Assembly (NCBI RefSeq): GCF_009914755.1
Contig: NC_060927.1
Strand: one strand, 5' to 3'
Length of the DNA stretch: 64,000 bases
DNA from: the human T2T-CHM13v2.0 reference genome, Homo sapiens
Both the position numbers and the translations under genes were made by a program. The notes below the pieces were generated by a model. It had not been told where the DNA came from. It saw only the letters and a program-made list of their open reading frames with translations, and searched no databases. Shown here in pieces: positions 30,926-44,897 of the stretch (its first letter is position 1; every line of letters begins with the position of its first letter).

Positions 30926-33709
30926 TTATGATCTCCATTTTCACATTAGTGCTGGTCTGTTGTATATAAACTGCAAAAGAGAGAGGGGAGGATGAAGGTA
31001 TCTGAATTCCTACCCTGTTATGACTGGGAACTGTTTTTAAGGTTAATCTGCGGTCTTCTTGGCCAAGAAGGGGTTCATTCAGTGGATGGTAGAGTAGGAT
31101 TTTATTTCTAGTTCTCATTAGAAACATCAGTATGTAATTCAAAGAAAAACCTAAAAGTACTCTATAAGTATTAGCAAAAGAACTTACTGTATTCTGTCAA
31201 ATATAATGTGTGATGTAGTTCTCTACTGCCAGTGAATGTGAGATGAGATTCCCATTAAAATGGAATCTACTAATTAAACCACATTTTGGCACTATGGAAG
31301 CTGGAGCCGATAAGTCATGAATTATATTCAAGGCTATGCAAGTTACCACATTTTTTTGTTTTCCTACAAATGGTTCCTTGATAGACTAACAAAATTAAAA
31401 GCTTGATTTTATTTTTTTTCTTAAGGACTTGTTATAGACGACTTAAAAAAATAAGTTATACGTGTTTGGCTTCAGTCCAGGGTTAAATATGGACTCTTTT
31501 CTATCATATGGTACACCCCTGTGATAACTGTGTCTCTAGTTTGAACTCTAGTCAATAATCAAAACCGAATTTGTGAAAAATAAATAAATAAGGAAATTCT
31601 ACCCTAGCCCAAATAGAGAATCTTAGATATGATACCAAGCGGTTGCCCATAACTGTCATCACTACCCAAAGATCTCATATGAGTTAGATTTGAATAGAGA
31701 AGCACACTCATTTAAAGGACTGATTTCACCGTTTTGCAACTTGTTGCAAAATAAGTGTTTGTTTGTTTGTTTGTTTTCATTATTTAAAACTGACCAAGAA
31801 AAGTTTGCCTTAGGAGTCATCTAAGTCCTTTTTCAAGACTTAAGTCTTCTGGTCCTTTTTCAAGAAAAAAATGTCTTAATGGCATTACTGATCAGGAAAT
31901 GCAAGACATGTAATTCCACATAAGATAAGTTTAAACCAAAAAAAAAAAAAGGTATTGATCAATCATATAGCAAAGTGGTACTTTAAACTTGTTTGATTTG
32001 AAGTCCGTGTAAACCAAAAACTCAACAATCATTAAGTACTCAGGATTATTACATTAAAAAATATGGTTAGTTTGTTTTTTGATCTATTTGTCTAAAGGCC
32101 TACTCAATTCTTTTCTTTTTAATACTTGATTTATTTAAGAGTCATGGAGATCTTTCTGTTTTTTTTTTTCTTTAGACTTTTTCTTCTAAATATGATTATG
32201 CTCTAATTTGGACTAACCTTTCCTTTACACACACACATTTTCCTAATCAATTCATTGCAAAAAGCTGGTATACACTTTCCAATTGCTAGGCAAAATTACA
32301 ACCCATTTTTTTTCTCCCAAGTTTCTTCCTAACAGGTAACACGAAATCTTTCTAAAAACGTCTCAATTTTCTCATTCAAGCCTCTATTTAACTTTCATCA
32401 CTCATGTAAAACTTACTTTGCTTTTCACAAATGCTAATTTCATACTTCTGTTAATTATCATTTTTCTTTAGCCAATTTTTACAATAGTTATTTTGAAGTC
32501 ACCTAAAAACAAAAAGGAGATAAAATACGTATTCTAACAATACTCACCGTTTGAAAATTCTTATTAAAAGGAAAATAATTCACAATAAATTTTTATCTGT
32601 AGCAACACCGCAAAATTTGACTAAATAATTTTATGCTGTAGTTTATACTTAAAGAAATAAAAGAAAATTCTTATAATTTTGGTAAGTCCTAGCAAAGATA
32701 CTAGTAAAATGTTAGGAAGGACATTGTTTTGGCAATGCTGTCACATAATAGGTATACATTTCTCTGGTTTTTCGCTTTTCTTCTTTATTTCTCCTTAGTC
32801 ATCAATTCTACTTGCATTCTACTTTTTATCCCTGGAAGGCATGTTTTTTTTTTTTTTTTTTTTTTTTTCACATGTACTACTGCAGAGTTGTGCTATTAGA
32901 TTAGATTATTATGTGCTTGGTCATTCAAAAAGTTCTTGTGGTTCTTGGGACTACAATATGGAAGGTGAAATAATCATCTTTTTTTTTCTTATTTCTTGCT
33001 ATTTTCACTGCATTTGGCATTCTATATGGCTATATAAACATCTATTATCCTTTTGGTTCTCAGTTTTTTTGTTTTGTTCTGTTTTGTTTTGTTTTGTTTT
33101 TTGCCAAGTATATTATCCCACAGGGAAACATTGCAATTCCTTTGTTTCATTTTTGTTTCTATTATGCACTACTTATCTTAAGCTAAGTTTGTCAATTAGC
33201 ATTCAGTACCACATATCATAAGAAGAAGAACATAGGCATTAAGTAGCCATATTTGCCACTTTTTCAAGCAGCTTTCATTCCAGGAATAGTTTTTTTTTCC
33301 TAGAGTTGTAATCAAGTTGCTGTTTTTTTCAAGTCACGTTTTCATTAAAATTATTTATTAAATAGCACTGTGTAGTGGCCTGGAAATCAGTGGACCAAAC
33401 TGGAAATCAGTACCAAAGTTGTCATTTTGCCACTATCTTGCTAAGGTAGTAGACAAATTCATTAACCTAGGTAAACTTCTAATTTCTTAGCCATAAAATT
33501 AAATGGCTGATTTAGAGAAAAAAAGCAAATATTTATATTTTGGTTTACATAGTGTTTTTACTGAAGAAAATGCATTTCATTTTCATTTACAAAAATTGTA
33601 GATGTCTTGGCTTGAATATTGTATAAATATCAATTACTTAAACTTATATTTAACCAAATATTTTGTGTTCAGAGTGGTATTAATGAGGCTCCAGGAGCAG
33701 AACAAGCTA

Positions 33710-34062
<353 letters not shown>

Positions 34063-37000
34063 GAAACATTGATGGATAAGCAAGAGCAACCTAATTGCAA
34101 TACAGAATGATAGTGCATATTAATTGACAAAACAAATCATGCTAAAATTGAAAGCACCAAGTGTTCATATGAAAGAGTGAATATTGTGGGCTGCAATAAT
34201 CTGAGAAATAAGTCAAAGAGAATATAGCACCTTAAGGCAGAATCAAATCATATAAAGTAATTGAATAAATGACACAGATAGACGTTATCATTTACCTATA
34301 TATTTAGGGTTTGTGTGTTGATATTGAAGTTTTAATAGAAAACATTCATTTGCCAGAATAATATCTGTTTCATTCTTTCCATTTTTAATTTTAAAAGATT
34401 GTGCCATTCTAGTATCTTATTGCAGTTGCATTTTCCAGATTAATGAGATAAATTAAGATTAACTGTTCATAGTGATTTGTACATTTTCTTTTGTAAAGTG
34501 TTTATTCAAATTCTTGGTCATTTTTCTGTGGAGTAATCTATCTACAATCAGATAACATTGTTATTTTTGTAATAATCCTTCTAAATTTGCTGTATAAATT
34601 GTTGAAATGACTACCTGAATTAAAGTTATGAGCAATTTTAAATTTACCTAGACTCCATAAAGGTGATTATTGCTTACCATTTTGCTTTACTTTCACTCAT
34701 CATGTCAGGAATTATACCCAAAGTGTTTGAAACAGTAGTGCTTCATTTTACTGAGTTCAGTATACCTAAAACATGTATTTGAGGGCATAATATGTTATGT
34801 TAACTTACGAAGAAAACATATTTTTTAGTTAAATGTATGGAAATGGTGAGTAAAGAAAAGTTTTTAGTCTTTCTATAATTATTAATAAAGCAATAATACA
34901 ACTGAATAATGCATGTTATAAAATGTCAAACGGGATTTGAGGCCAGATTTCAGTACATCTGTCATACTGCGAAAATAACTATTCTAAAGCTTTTTGATCC
35001 CCTATAAAAAGATATCATTATTGCAGGATTAAATTCTGTAATATAAGTAAATCATATTGCTCTGAAAACCATTCGTATTTTTGAAATAACATCACTGCAA
35101 ACTTTATGTCAATAAATAAATGAAAATATTAATAGGATGTAGTATAAAAGATGCTTTTTCAAAAGTGATGACTAGAACTAGAATTGTATAAATTTTAGAA
35201 TGGAGAGAGATAAAATAAATTTGTTTAAAACTTATTTCCCTAGTAATACAAGAAAATAAACAAAAAGTTGGATACTGAGCATAAATATGGCCTAGGATCT
35301 CTTCCAAATCTCAATTTTTATATTTAATTAGTATTCAAACATTTACACTACAAAGCTTTTTGTAAGTTAAAACAAGTGATAAAATGAAATGCATTAGGAG
35401 AAAATCTGTATTTGGTATACATTCATAGAAAAAATACCATTTAAATGATAATTTGAAAATCAATGAAAGTAGAGTAGATATTTTGTTTAGGGAAGGCTGA
35501 AACACACTTTGTGATGTGAAAAATATTCAGGTGAAACTGATTTTAAAAAAAGGTAATGGAAGGACATTGTCTTTAGGTGGACTGAATGGGCACGAAGAAA
35601 GAGAGGGGTGATTCAAAGATTTTGCCAGAGATGGTGGGTGAAAAGGGCATTAAAATTCAGGGAAGGATTTAGAAGTGCAAATCTCACCACAGGTTAAATT
35701 AACTAATGGTACTGTATATAAATTTCAAAAAAATAAAAACATTGGCCCATGAAATTTAATTGAAATACTAGGGTGTATATAATAATGCTTAAATATTATT
35801 TTGTAAAGACACAGTTGAAAAATTCTAAATAACTGACAGTTAAAAGAAGTTAAGAGTATTAACAATTAAATACATACACATTATATGGAGACATGCTTCT
35901 AACAGAATCTGAAGGTTTAGCCATTTCAAAAACTAAATATTTGAAAACATTTAAATATATAAAAGTATGTATATGTTTCAATATATAGTCTGCATATATT
36001 TTAACCATAATGTTATTCATCGAGATAGCACTTGAGAAAAAGCGTGCTGTGTGGTTTAAAATGATACAGCTTGCCTTTCACTCCACTTCACTAGACTATC
36101 TATAATTTTAAGAAATAATGTCAAATTGATTAATCATTTGGAATACAATTTTCTTAATATAATAGCTTTCACCTATTATTGTGATGATTCTAATTATAAA
36201 TCTATAGACAAATGTAAAATAAGCAGACATTATTTTTTTACTTAAGGGTGATGTGATAAAATGCAATATTTCATGTTAATTATATTATAAAATTGTTCTT
36301 AACATAATAAATGACATAAGAAATACATTAAATTTAGAAATGCTTTAATTACAGTCACGGCATATGGGGATACTGAAATGCATAATGGAAAAGTTTTAAG
36401 CCTGGTGGATTTCAGTCACTGTCAACTTCTAGGCATTACACATCTGGAGGTGGCACTTGGCCTAGTGCCACTATGAGTATCAATCACAAAATAGTAGGCA
36501 TTTATTGACTATTCTAATATGCATTTCTTTCAGACTTATAAGAGGCTGAGTATCATAATAGCCAGGAGATTTTGTCTCTTCCTGATGTATGCACATGTTT
36601 AGCATATCTGGGAGCTACAGTGCAGTAGGCCAAGATCTAGGTTCTAAATCTAATCTAGATTGAAAATGTTGACTTGTACTCACTTGATTTATTCTCACGT
36701 TGGCTTACTACTGGATCAGTGAATGAGTAAAAGAAAGGATACACAAAGTAATGATACTGGTAAATGAAAATTGATTCCTGAGTTCTTACAAGTTTTTGCA
36801 AGTGAAGTAAAAAATGTGGAGAGCCGTACAACTTACAGCAATAAATTATCACTGACTTTTGTCTTTTATAGCATGTGATTTGAGAAACAATTCAAATGTA
36901 TCAGATGTGATACAATATTTGTCTTTCCTTTTTAAATAAATGGCTTGTTACAAATAAATGTTCAGCAGCAATAACTGTTGAAGTAAAATTTGTATAAAAT

Positions 37001-37472
37001 ACCCCACTTACATAAATACACATTCAATAATCATAACTTTATAACATTAATATAAACAAGGAAAATTAACATAAATAAAACTATATGCATCATTTGCTCT
37101 GCAGTAATGTAAAATTAACTGATTCATCATTAATATTATAAACCAGGCAGTATGACACACATTTTTTTCAGTATATTAAAACTGGGTAATTGCAGATAAT
37201 AAAAAAAGAATGTAAAATATATAAACTCTCCAAAAGCCTTAGAAAAGTACAGTAGTGTATACAATAATCATTCATTCCAAAGTCTTCCACTTGTCTCAAA
37301 TTGGCCACAAGCTCTGTCTTAGAAGAACTTTATGACTAAATATAATATAATGTGAGCCAGAATTATGTAGCTGGCACATCACATTACTTCATTAACAGCC
37401 TCCATCTGCTTTTCTAACTGAAATTTCTGATGATGATGACAATCCTCTGCCCTCATTTTCATAATTGAATAC

Positions 37473-38552
37473 TGCTATGGTTTGGATATTTGTCCCCTCA
37501 AAAATTCATGTTGAAATTTAATTTCCAATGTGGCATTACTAAAAGGTGGAGACTTTAAAATGTGATTGGGCCATGAGGGCTCTGCTCTCCTAAATGAATT
37601 AATCCATGGATAGATTAATGAGTTAGTGAATTAGTAGATCAATGGGTTAGTGGCTTTTCACAGAAATGAGACTGGTGACTTTATAAGAAAAGAGAGACCT
37701 GAACTAGGATGCTCAGCCTCCTCACCATGGGATGCCCTGTGCCATGCTGGAACTCTGGAGAGTGTCCTCATCAGCACAAACGTTCTCACTTTTAAACTTG
37801 GGTTCTCAGCCTCCATAACTATAATGAATTTATTTTCTTAAAAATTACTCAGTTTCAGGTATTCTGTTATAATCCAATAAAACAGACCAAGATAAGAAAA
37901 ATGGTATCAGAAGTGATATCAATTTATAATAACACTCAGTAATGTAGAAATGGCTCTGGAACTGGATAATGGGTAGTGGCTAGAAGAATTTGGAGGATGA
38001 GGCTAGAAAATCCTGCATTATGGTGAAGGTTTAGAAGACAACAAGACTAGGGAAAGATTGAAAACCCTTAGAGATAGTTCAGTGGTCATAACCAGAATGT
38101 TGATAGAAATATGGACATTAAAGAACATTCTTATGAGTTTTCAGATGGAACTGAGGAACAAGGCATTGGAACCTGGAGTAAAGCCCATCCTTGCGATTAA
38201 CTGGCAAAGAACTTGACTTCATTGTGTTATTTTGTCCATGCCCTTGGGCTTTATGGAATGCAGAACTTAAGATCAATGAATTAGGGTATCCAGTAGAATA
38301 AATATCTAAGAAGCAAAGCATTCAGGCTGCTGCATTACTACTTTTAATGACTCACATTAAACTATGAAGAGAAACAGTTTTGAAGATGGAATTTCTAATC
38401 CAAAGACAAGCATATCAGAAATATTTGAAGAACTCTAAGCTTGGCCACATAACGAGTGAAAGAGTGTGTTAGGAGAAAAAACCAAGGATGTGGCCCAGGG
38501 ACTATTTGAAAAAGATTCTAGCAAGGATAGAAGGGAACCAGGTCCTATTCTG
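37473..38552 (+). mobile_element. MSTD-type MaLR 5' LTR (37473-37894) plus start of internal region, truncated
   Basis: TGCTATGGTTTGGATATTTGTCCCC start; ..GAGACCTGAACTAG..CTCAGCC; followed by GAAAAATGGTATCAG internal start. Confidence 0.8.
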
Positions 38553-39090
38553 CAGAGGCCTAGGAGGAATAAATGGCCCTTTCGGTTGGGCCCAGGGCCT
38601 TGCTACTTCGTGCAGTCTTAGGACTTGGTGCTCTGTGTGCTAGCCATGGTTAAAAGGAGCCAACGTACAGCTCAGGCTGTTGCTTCAGAGAGTGCAAGCC
38701 CCAAGGTTTGGTGGCTTACATGTGGTGTTGTGCCTCAGGGTGCACAGAAATCAAGAATTGAGGTTTGGGAACCTCTGCCTAGATTTCAGAGGATGTATGG
38801 AAAGACGTGGATGTCCAGGAAGAAGTTTGCTTTAGGGATGGAACCCTCATGGAGAAACTCTGTTAAGTCAGTGCAGAAAAGAAATGTGACATCAGAGCCC
38901 CCACACAGAGTCCCCACTGTGGCACTTCCTAGTGGAGCTGTGAGAAAAGGGCCACCATCCTACCGACCCCAGAATGGTAGCTCCACTAACATCTTGCACT
39001 GTGTGCCTGGAAAGCCAAAGACGCTTAATGCCAGCCTGTGAAAGCAGTGGTGGAGCTCCTGAAGACCATGGAAACCCACCTCTGGCATCA
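38553..39090 (+). mobile_element. THE1-internal segment, inverted relative to the rest of its element
   Basis: AATCAAGAATTGAGGTTTGGGAACCTCTGCCTAGATTTCAGAGG; begins at the CAGAGGCCTAGGA motif where the minus-strand part stops. Confidence 0.85.
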
Positions 39091-39414
39091 GAGGTTCTTC
39101 ATGAGAGCTCCACCCCTAAAGCAAACTTCTTCCTAGGCCTCTGGGCCTGTGATGTGAGGGGCTGCCATGAAGACCTCTGACATGTTCTGGAGACATTTTC
39201 CCCATTGCACTGGTGATTAACATTTGGGTCCTCCTTACTTATGCAAGTTTCTGCAGCCAGCTTGAATTTCTTCTCAGAAAAAAAAAATGTTTTTCTTTTC
39301 TATCACATTGTCAGCCTGCAATTTTTAAAAAATCTTTTAGGCTCTGTTTCCCTTTTAAGGATAAGTTTCAACTCCAAACCATATATTTGTGAATGCATAA
39401 AACTGGATGCTTTT

Positions 39415-39704
39415 ATATGTTTTTTTTTTTTTTTGGCCAGAGTTTTGCTTTTATCGCCCAGGCTGCTGTGCCATGGCACAGTCTTGGCTCACTGCAACCT
39501 CTGCCTCCCAGGTTCTAGTGATTCTCCTGCCTCAGCTGGCATTACAGGTGCCCACGACTATGCCTGGCTAATTTTTGTATTTTTAGTAGAGACGGGGTTT
39601 CACCATGTTAGCCAGGCTGGTCTCGAACTCCTGACCTCAGGTGATTCACCCACCTCAGCCTCCCAAAATGCTAGGATTAGAGGAGTGAGCCACCATCCCC
39701 AGCC
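39415..39704 (-). mobile_element. AluS (Sq/Sx-like) inserted in THE1-int
   Basis: Dimeric Alu with small internal deletion; TSD AAAACTGGATGCTTTT (39399-39414) / AAAATTGAATGCTTTT (39705-39720). Confidence 0.92.
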
Positions 39705-40451
39705 AAAATTGAATGCTTTTAAGAGCACCCAAGTCACATCCTGAATGCTTTGCTGCTTAGAAATTTCTTACACCAGATATCCTAAATCATCTCTCTCAAG
39801 TTGAACATTTCACAGATCTCTAGATCAGGGGCAAAATGCCACCAGTGTCTTTGCTCAAACATAGCAAGAGACACTTTTATTTCAGTTTCCAACAAGTTCC
39901 TCATCTCCATCTGAGACCACCTCAGCCTGGACTTCATTGTCTATATCTCTATAAGCATTTTGGTCAAAAACACTCAACAAGTCTCTAGGCAGTTCCAATC
40001 TTTCCCACATCTGTCTGTCTTCTTCTGAGCCCTCCAAACTGTTCCAACCTCTGCCTGTTACTCATTTCTAAAGTCAATTCCACATTTGCAGGTATCTTTG
40101 TAGCAGCACCCCCCTCTCTGTGGTACTTATTTATTGAATTAATTCATTCTCACACTGCTATAAAGAAATGCCCGAGACTGAGTAATGTATTGCTCACACT
40201 GCTATAAAGAAATACCCGAGACTGAGTAATGTATTAAAGAAAGAGGTTTAATTGATTCATGGGTTCTCATTCATGGGGAGACATTAGGAAACTTACAATG
40301 ATGGTGGAAGGCAAAGGAGAAGCAGGCACCTCTTCACAGTGCAGCAGGGTGGAGTGAGTGCCAGCAGGGGAAATAACGTATTCTTATAAAACCATGAGAG
40401 CTCATTAGAGTCACTCACTATGACAAAACAGCTTGGGGTAAATTACCCCCA

Positions 40452-40462
40452 TGATTCAATTA
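40452..40462 (-). promoter_or_regulatory. DUX4-type binding motif TAATTGAATCA in THE1 LTR
   Basis: + strand TGATTCAATTA matches TAAYBBAATCA on the minus strand; motif match only, no binding evidence. Confidence 0.5.
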
Positions 40463-40597
40463 CCTCCACCTGATCCCTCGACATATAGGGATTAAGGGAA
40501 TTATAATTGATGAGATTTTGGGTGAAGACCCATCCAAACCATATTATATACTATATATACTATATATAATATAAATATTTCAAAGATATTATATACA

Positions 40598-40668
40598 TAT
40601 TAAAGGACGAGTGACAAAAACATGGTAATTTGAAATATTAGCATGTTTTTGTCACTCGTCCTTTAATA
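40598..40668. repeat. 71-nt hairpin with perfect 27-bp arms
   Basis: TATTAAAGGACGAGTGACAAAAACATG (40598-40624) / CATGTTTTTGTCACTCGTCCTTTAATA (40642-40668). Confidence 0.97.
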
Positions 40669-41240
40669 AATATCTGGGAAACTCTCAGTTATAGGTAACC
40701 CTCAACACAACTACAAATTTAGTTGTATAAGTTTATTTTGATAAAGTAAGTAAATATGTAACTGTTTGGAATCCTGTGCAGTTCTCCTCTCCAGTCCTGT
40801 GGAACTCATATTCCTGTATTTGCAAAACAGATTTAAAATGAAGATGATTGCAAACATGAAGCTAAAAAAAATTGTTCTTTCCATTTTTGTATTTTATATA
40901 AATATGTGTAGTACTTATGTGTTGAAAATGTAAAATCTCAAAGTCATTTACTCTTTTATGTACGTGGTGTCCTTATTGTCATTACATCTCACGTTCAGCT
41001 GTTACCATCATGTTGCATCATAAATCAGATTCATGAAGTAGACACAAGCAGTCAAATGCAGAAGTGTTAGAATTTCTTTAAAAATAGAATACTCTCTGAT
41101 TTCTTTAATTAACATTTAATGACTAATTAAATATGCTAGAAAATAATAATTATATCATAAGTATCCAAAGTTTCACAAGCTATTCTGTAAAAATTTGCTT
41201 AGAAATCAACTTATTCAAGTTATATCATATATTCATTTTT

Positions 41241-44200
41241 TATTTTTATTTTTTATTTTTCCATAAGTTACTGGGGTACAGGTGGTATTTGATTACATGC
41301 GTAAGTTCTTTAGTGGTGATTTGTGAGATTTGGTGCACTCATCACCCATGTATACACTGCACCATATTTGTAGTCTCCTATCCCTTGCACCCCTTCCACT
41401 CTTCCCCCAAGTACCCAAAGTCCATTGTATTATTCTTATGCCTTTGTGTCCTCAAAGCGTAGCTCCCACATATCAGTGAGAACATATGAGGTTTGGTTTT
41501 CCATTCCTGAGCTATATCACTTAGAATAATAGTCTCCAGTCTCATCCAGGTCGCTACAAATGCTGTTATTACATTCCCTTTTATGGCTGAGTAGTATGTA
41601 GTATTCCATCATACATATATGTGTGTATATATATATACACACACACACACATATATATACACACACACACACATATATATACACATACATACCAGTTTCT
41701 TTATCCGTTCGTTGATTGATGGGCCTTTGGGTTGGTTCCATGATTTTGCAGTTGTGAATTGTGCTGCTATAAACATGAGTGTGCAACCATCTTTTCAAAT
41801 AATTACTTCTTTTCCTCTGTAGTGGGATTGATGGATCAAATGGTAGTTCTACTTTTAGTTCTTTAAGTAATCGCCACACTGTTTTTCATAGTAGCTGTAC
41901 TAGTTTACATTCCTACCAGCAGTGTAGAAGTGTTCCCTGTTCACCACATCCATGCCAACATCTACTGTTTTTTTATTTTTTCATTATGGCCATTCTTGAA
42001 GGAGTAAGGTGGTATCACATTGTGGTTTTGATTTTCATTTCCCTGATCATTAGTGATGTTGAACATTTTTTTCATATGTTTGTTGGCCATTTGTATACCT
42101 TCTTTTGAGAATTGTCTATTTGTGGCCTTAGCCCACTTTTTGATGAGATTGTTTTTTTCTTGTTGATTTGTTTGAGTTCATTGTAGATTTTGGATATTAG
42201 TCCTTGTCAGATGTATAGATTGTGAAGATTTTCTCCCACTCTGTAGGTTGTCTGTTTACCCTGCTGTCTGTTCCTTTTGCCGTGCAAAAGCTCTTTAGTT
42301 TAATTAAGTCTCAGCTATTTATCTTTGTATTTGCTTTTGAGTCCTTGGTCATGAAATCCTTGCCTAAACCAGTTTAGAAGGGTTTTTCCAATGTTATCTT
42401 CTAGAATTTTTACAGTTGCAGATCTTAGGTTTAAGTCCATCTTCATTTGATTTTTGTATAAGATGAGAAAAGAGGATCCAGTTTCATTCTACTACATGTG
42501 GCTAGCCAATTATCCCAGCACCATTTGTTGAAAAGGGTGTCCTTTCTCCACTTTATGTTTTTGTTTGCTTTGTCAAAGATCAGCTGGCTGTAAGTATTTG
42601 GGTTTACTTCTGGATGCTCTATTCTGTTCCATTGGTCTATGTACCTGTTTTTATACCAGTACCATGCTGTTTTGCTGATTATGTCCTTATAGTATAGTTT
42701 GAAATCAGGTAGTGTAATGTCTCCGGATTTGTTCTTTTTGCTTAGTCTTGCTTTGGCTATGTGGGCTGTTTTTTGGTTCTGTATGAATTTCAGATTGTTT
42801 TTTCTAATTCTCTGAAGAATTATAGAGGTATTTTGATGGGGATTGCATTGAATTTGTAGATTGCTTTTGACAGTATGGTCATTTTCACAATATTAATATT
42901 TTATTTTTTGCAGTTATTTTAAAAGTGGTTGAGTTCTTGATTTGGTTCTGTGCTTGGTCACTGTTGGTATATAGAAAAACTACTGAATTGTGTACATTAA
43001 TTTTGTATCTGGAAACTTTGCCGAATTCTTTTATCAGTTCTAGGAGCTTTCTGGAGGAGTTCTTAGGGTTTTCAAGATAAACAATCATTATCAGCAAACA
43101 GTGACAGTTTGACTTCCTCTTTACTGATTAGAATGTCCTTTATTTCTTTCTCTTATCTGATTGCTCTGGCTAAGACTTCCAGTACTATGTTGAAGAGGAG
43201 TGGTGAGAGTGGGCATCCTTGTCTTGTGCCAGTTCTCAGAGGAAATGCTTTCAACTTTTCCCCATTCAGTATTATATTGGCTGTGGATTTGTCCCAGATG
43301 GCTTTTATTACATTAAGATATGTCCTTTGGATGCTGATTTTGCTGAGAGTTTTAATCATAAAGGGATACTGGATTTTGTTGAATTCTTTTTCTGCATTTA
43401 TTGAGATGATCCTGTGATTTTTGTTTTTCATTTTGTTTATGTGGTGTATCACATTCATTGACTTGCCTATGTTAAACCATCCCTGCACCCCTGGTATGAA
43501 ACCCACTTGATCATGGTGGATTATCTTTTTGATATGTTGTGGGACTTGATTAGCTAGTACTTTGTTAAGGATTTTAGCATCTATATTCATCAAGGATATC
43601 AGTCTGTAATTTTCTTTTTGGTTATGTCCTTTCCTGGTTTTGGTATTAGGGGTAATGCTGGTTTCATAAAGTGAATTAGGGAGGGCCCCTTCTTTCTCTA
43701 CCTTGTGGAATTGTGTCTTAAGGATTGGTATCAATTCTTCTTTGAATGTCTGGTAGAATTCTGCTGTGAATCCATCTGGTCCTGGACTTTTTTTTTTTTT
43801 TTTTGTAATTTTTTAATTACCGTTTCAATCTCACTGATTGTTATTGGTTTGTTCAAGGTACCTAATTTTTCCCGATTTAAGCTAAGAGGGTTGTATTTTT
43901 CCAGGAATTTATCCATCTCTTCTCGGTTTTCTAGCTTGTGTGCATAAAGATGTTCATAATAGCCTTGAAAGATCTTTTTTATTTGAGAGGTGTCAGTTGT
44001 AATATCTCCTGTTTCGCTTCTTAGTGAGGTTATTTAGATTTTCTCTCTTCTTGGTTAATCTTGCTAATGGTTTATAAATTTTATTTATCTTTTTGAAGAA
44101 CCAGCTTTTTGTTTCATTTGTCTTTTTTGTTTGTTTGTTTCAATTTCATTTAGTTCTGCTAAGATCTTCATTATTTCCTTTCTTCTGCTGGGTTTGGGTT

Positions 44201-44859
44201 TGGTTTATTCTTGTTTGTCTAGTTCCTTGAGGTGTGACCTTAGATTGTCTGCTTGTGCTCTTTCAGATTTTTTGATGTAGGTGTTTAGGGCTGTGAATTT
44301 TCTCTTAGCAACATCTTTGCTGTATCCCAGAGGTTTTGATAGGTTGTGTCATTATTGTCATTCAGTTCAAAGAATTTTTAAATTTCAATCTTGATTTTGT
44401 TTTTGATCCAATGCTCATTCAGAAGCAGGTTATTTAATTTCCATGTATTTGCATGGTTTTGAAAGTTCCTTTTGGAGTTGATTTCCAGTTTTATTCCACT
44501 GTGGTCTGAGAGAGTGCTTGATATAATTTTAGTTTTCTTAAATTTATTGAGGCTCATTTTATTGCCTATCATATGGTCTATCTTGGAGAAAGTTCCATGT
44601 GCTGTTGAATAGATTGTATATTCTGTGGTTGTTGGATGAAATGTTCTATATATATCTGTTAAGTCCATTTTTTCCAGGGCATGGTTTAAGTCCATTGTTT
44701 CTTTTTTGACTTTCTGTCTTGACAACCTGTCTAGTGCTGTTAGTGGAGTACTGAAGTCCCCCAGTATTATTGTGTCACTCTCTCTCTAGTTTCTTAGGTC
44801 TAGTACTAATTATTTTATAAATTTGCAAGCTCCAGTGTTAGGTGCACATATGTTTAGAA

Positions 44860-44897
<38 letters not shown>

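Larger units (their letters stand above)
39089..40546 (-). mobile_element. THE1 (THE1D-like) 5' LTR (~40135-40546) and 5' internal region, interrupted by Alu
   Basis: LTR ends CCAAACCATATTA on + strand; int sequence CCACCTCAGCCTGGACTTCATTGTC etc.; 44-bp tandem duplication 40149-40235. Confidence 0.88.

Noticed and set aside
30390-31142. Overlapping 80-155 aa ORFs in a GC-rich island (possible first exon or CpG island)
   Set aside because: Explained by a GC-rich MER52 LTR with few stop codons; CpGs are depleted and no protein family is recognisable.
32841-33221. 126-aa hydrophobic ORF
   Set aside because: Phe/Leu richness reflects T-rich low-complexity DNA.
38625-39744. 138-aa and 167-aa ORFs (also 2125-2538)
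   Set aside because: Chance frames in MaLR internal and antisense Alu sequence.
42885-42905. ~130-bp gap in L1PB ORF2
   Set aside because: Simple internal deletion in a dead element.
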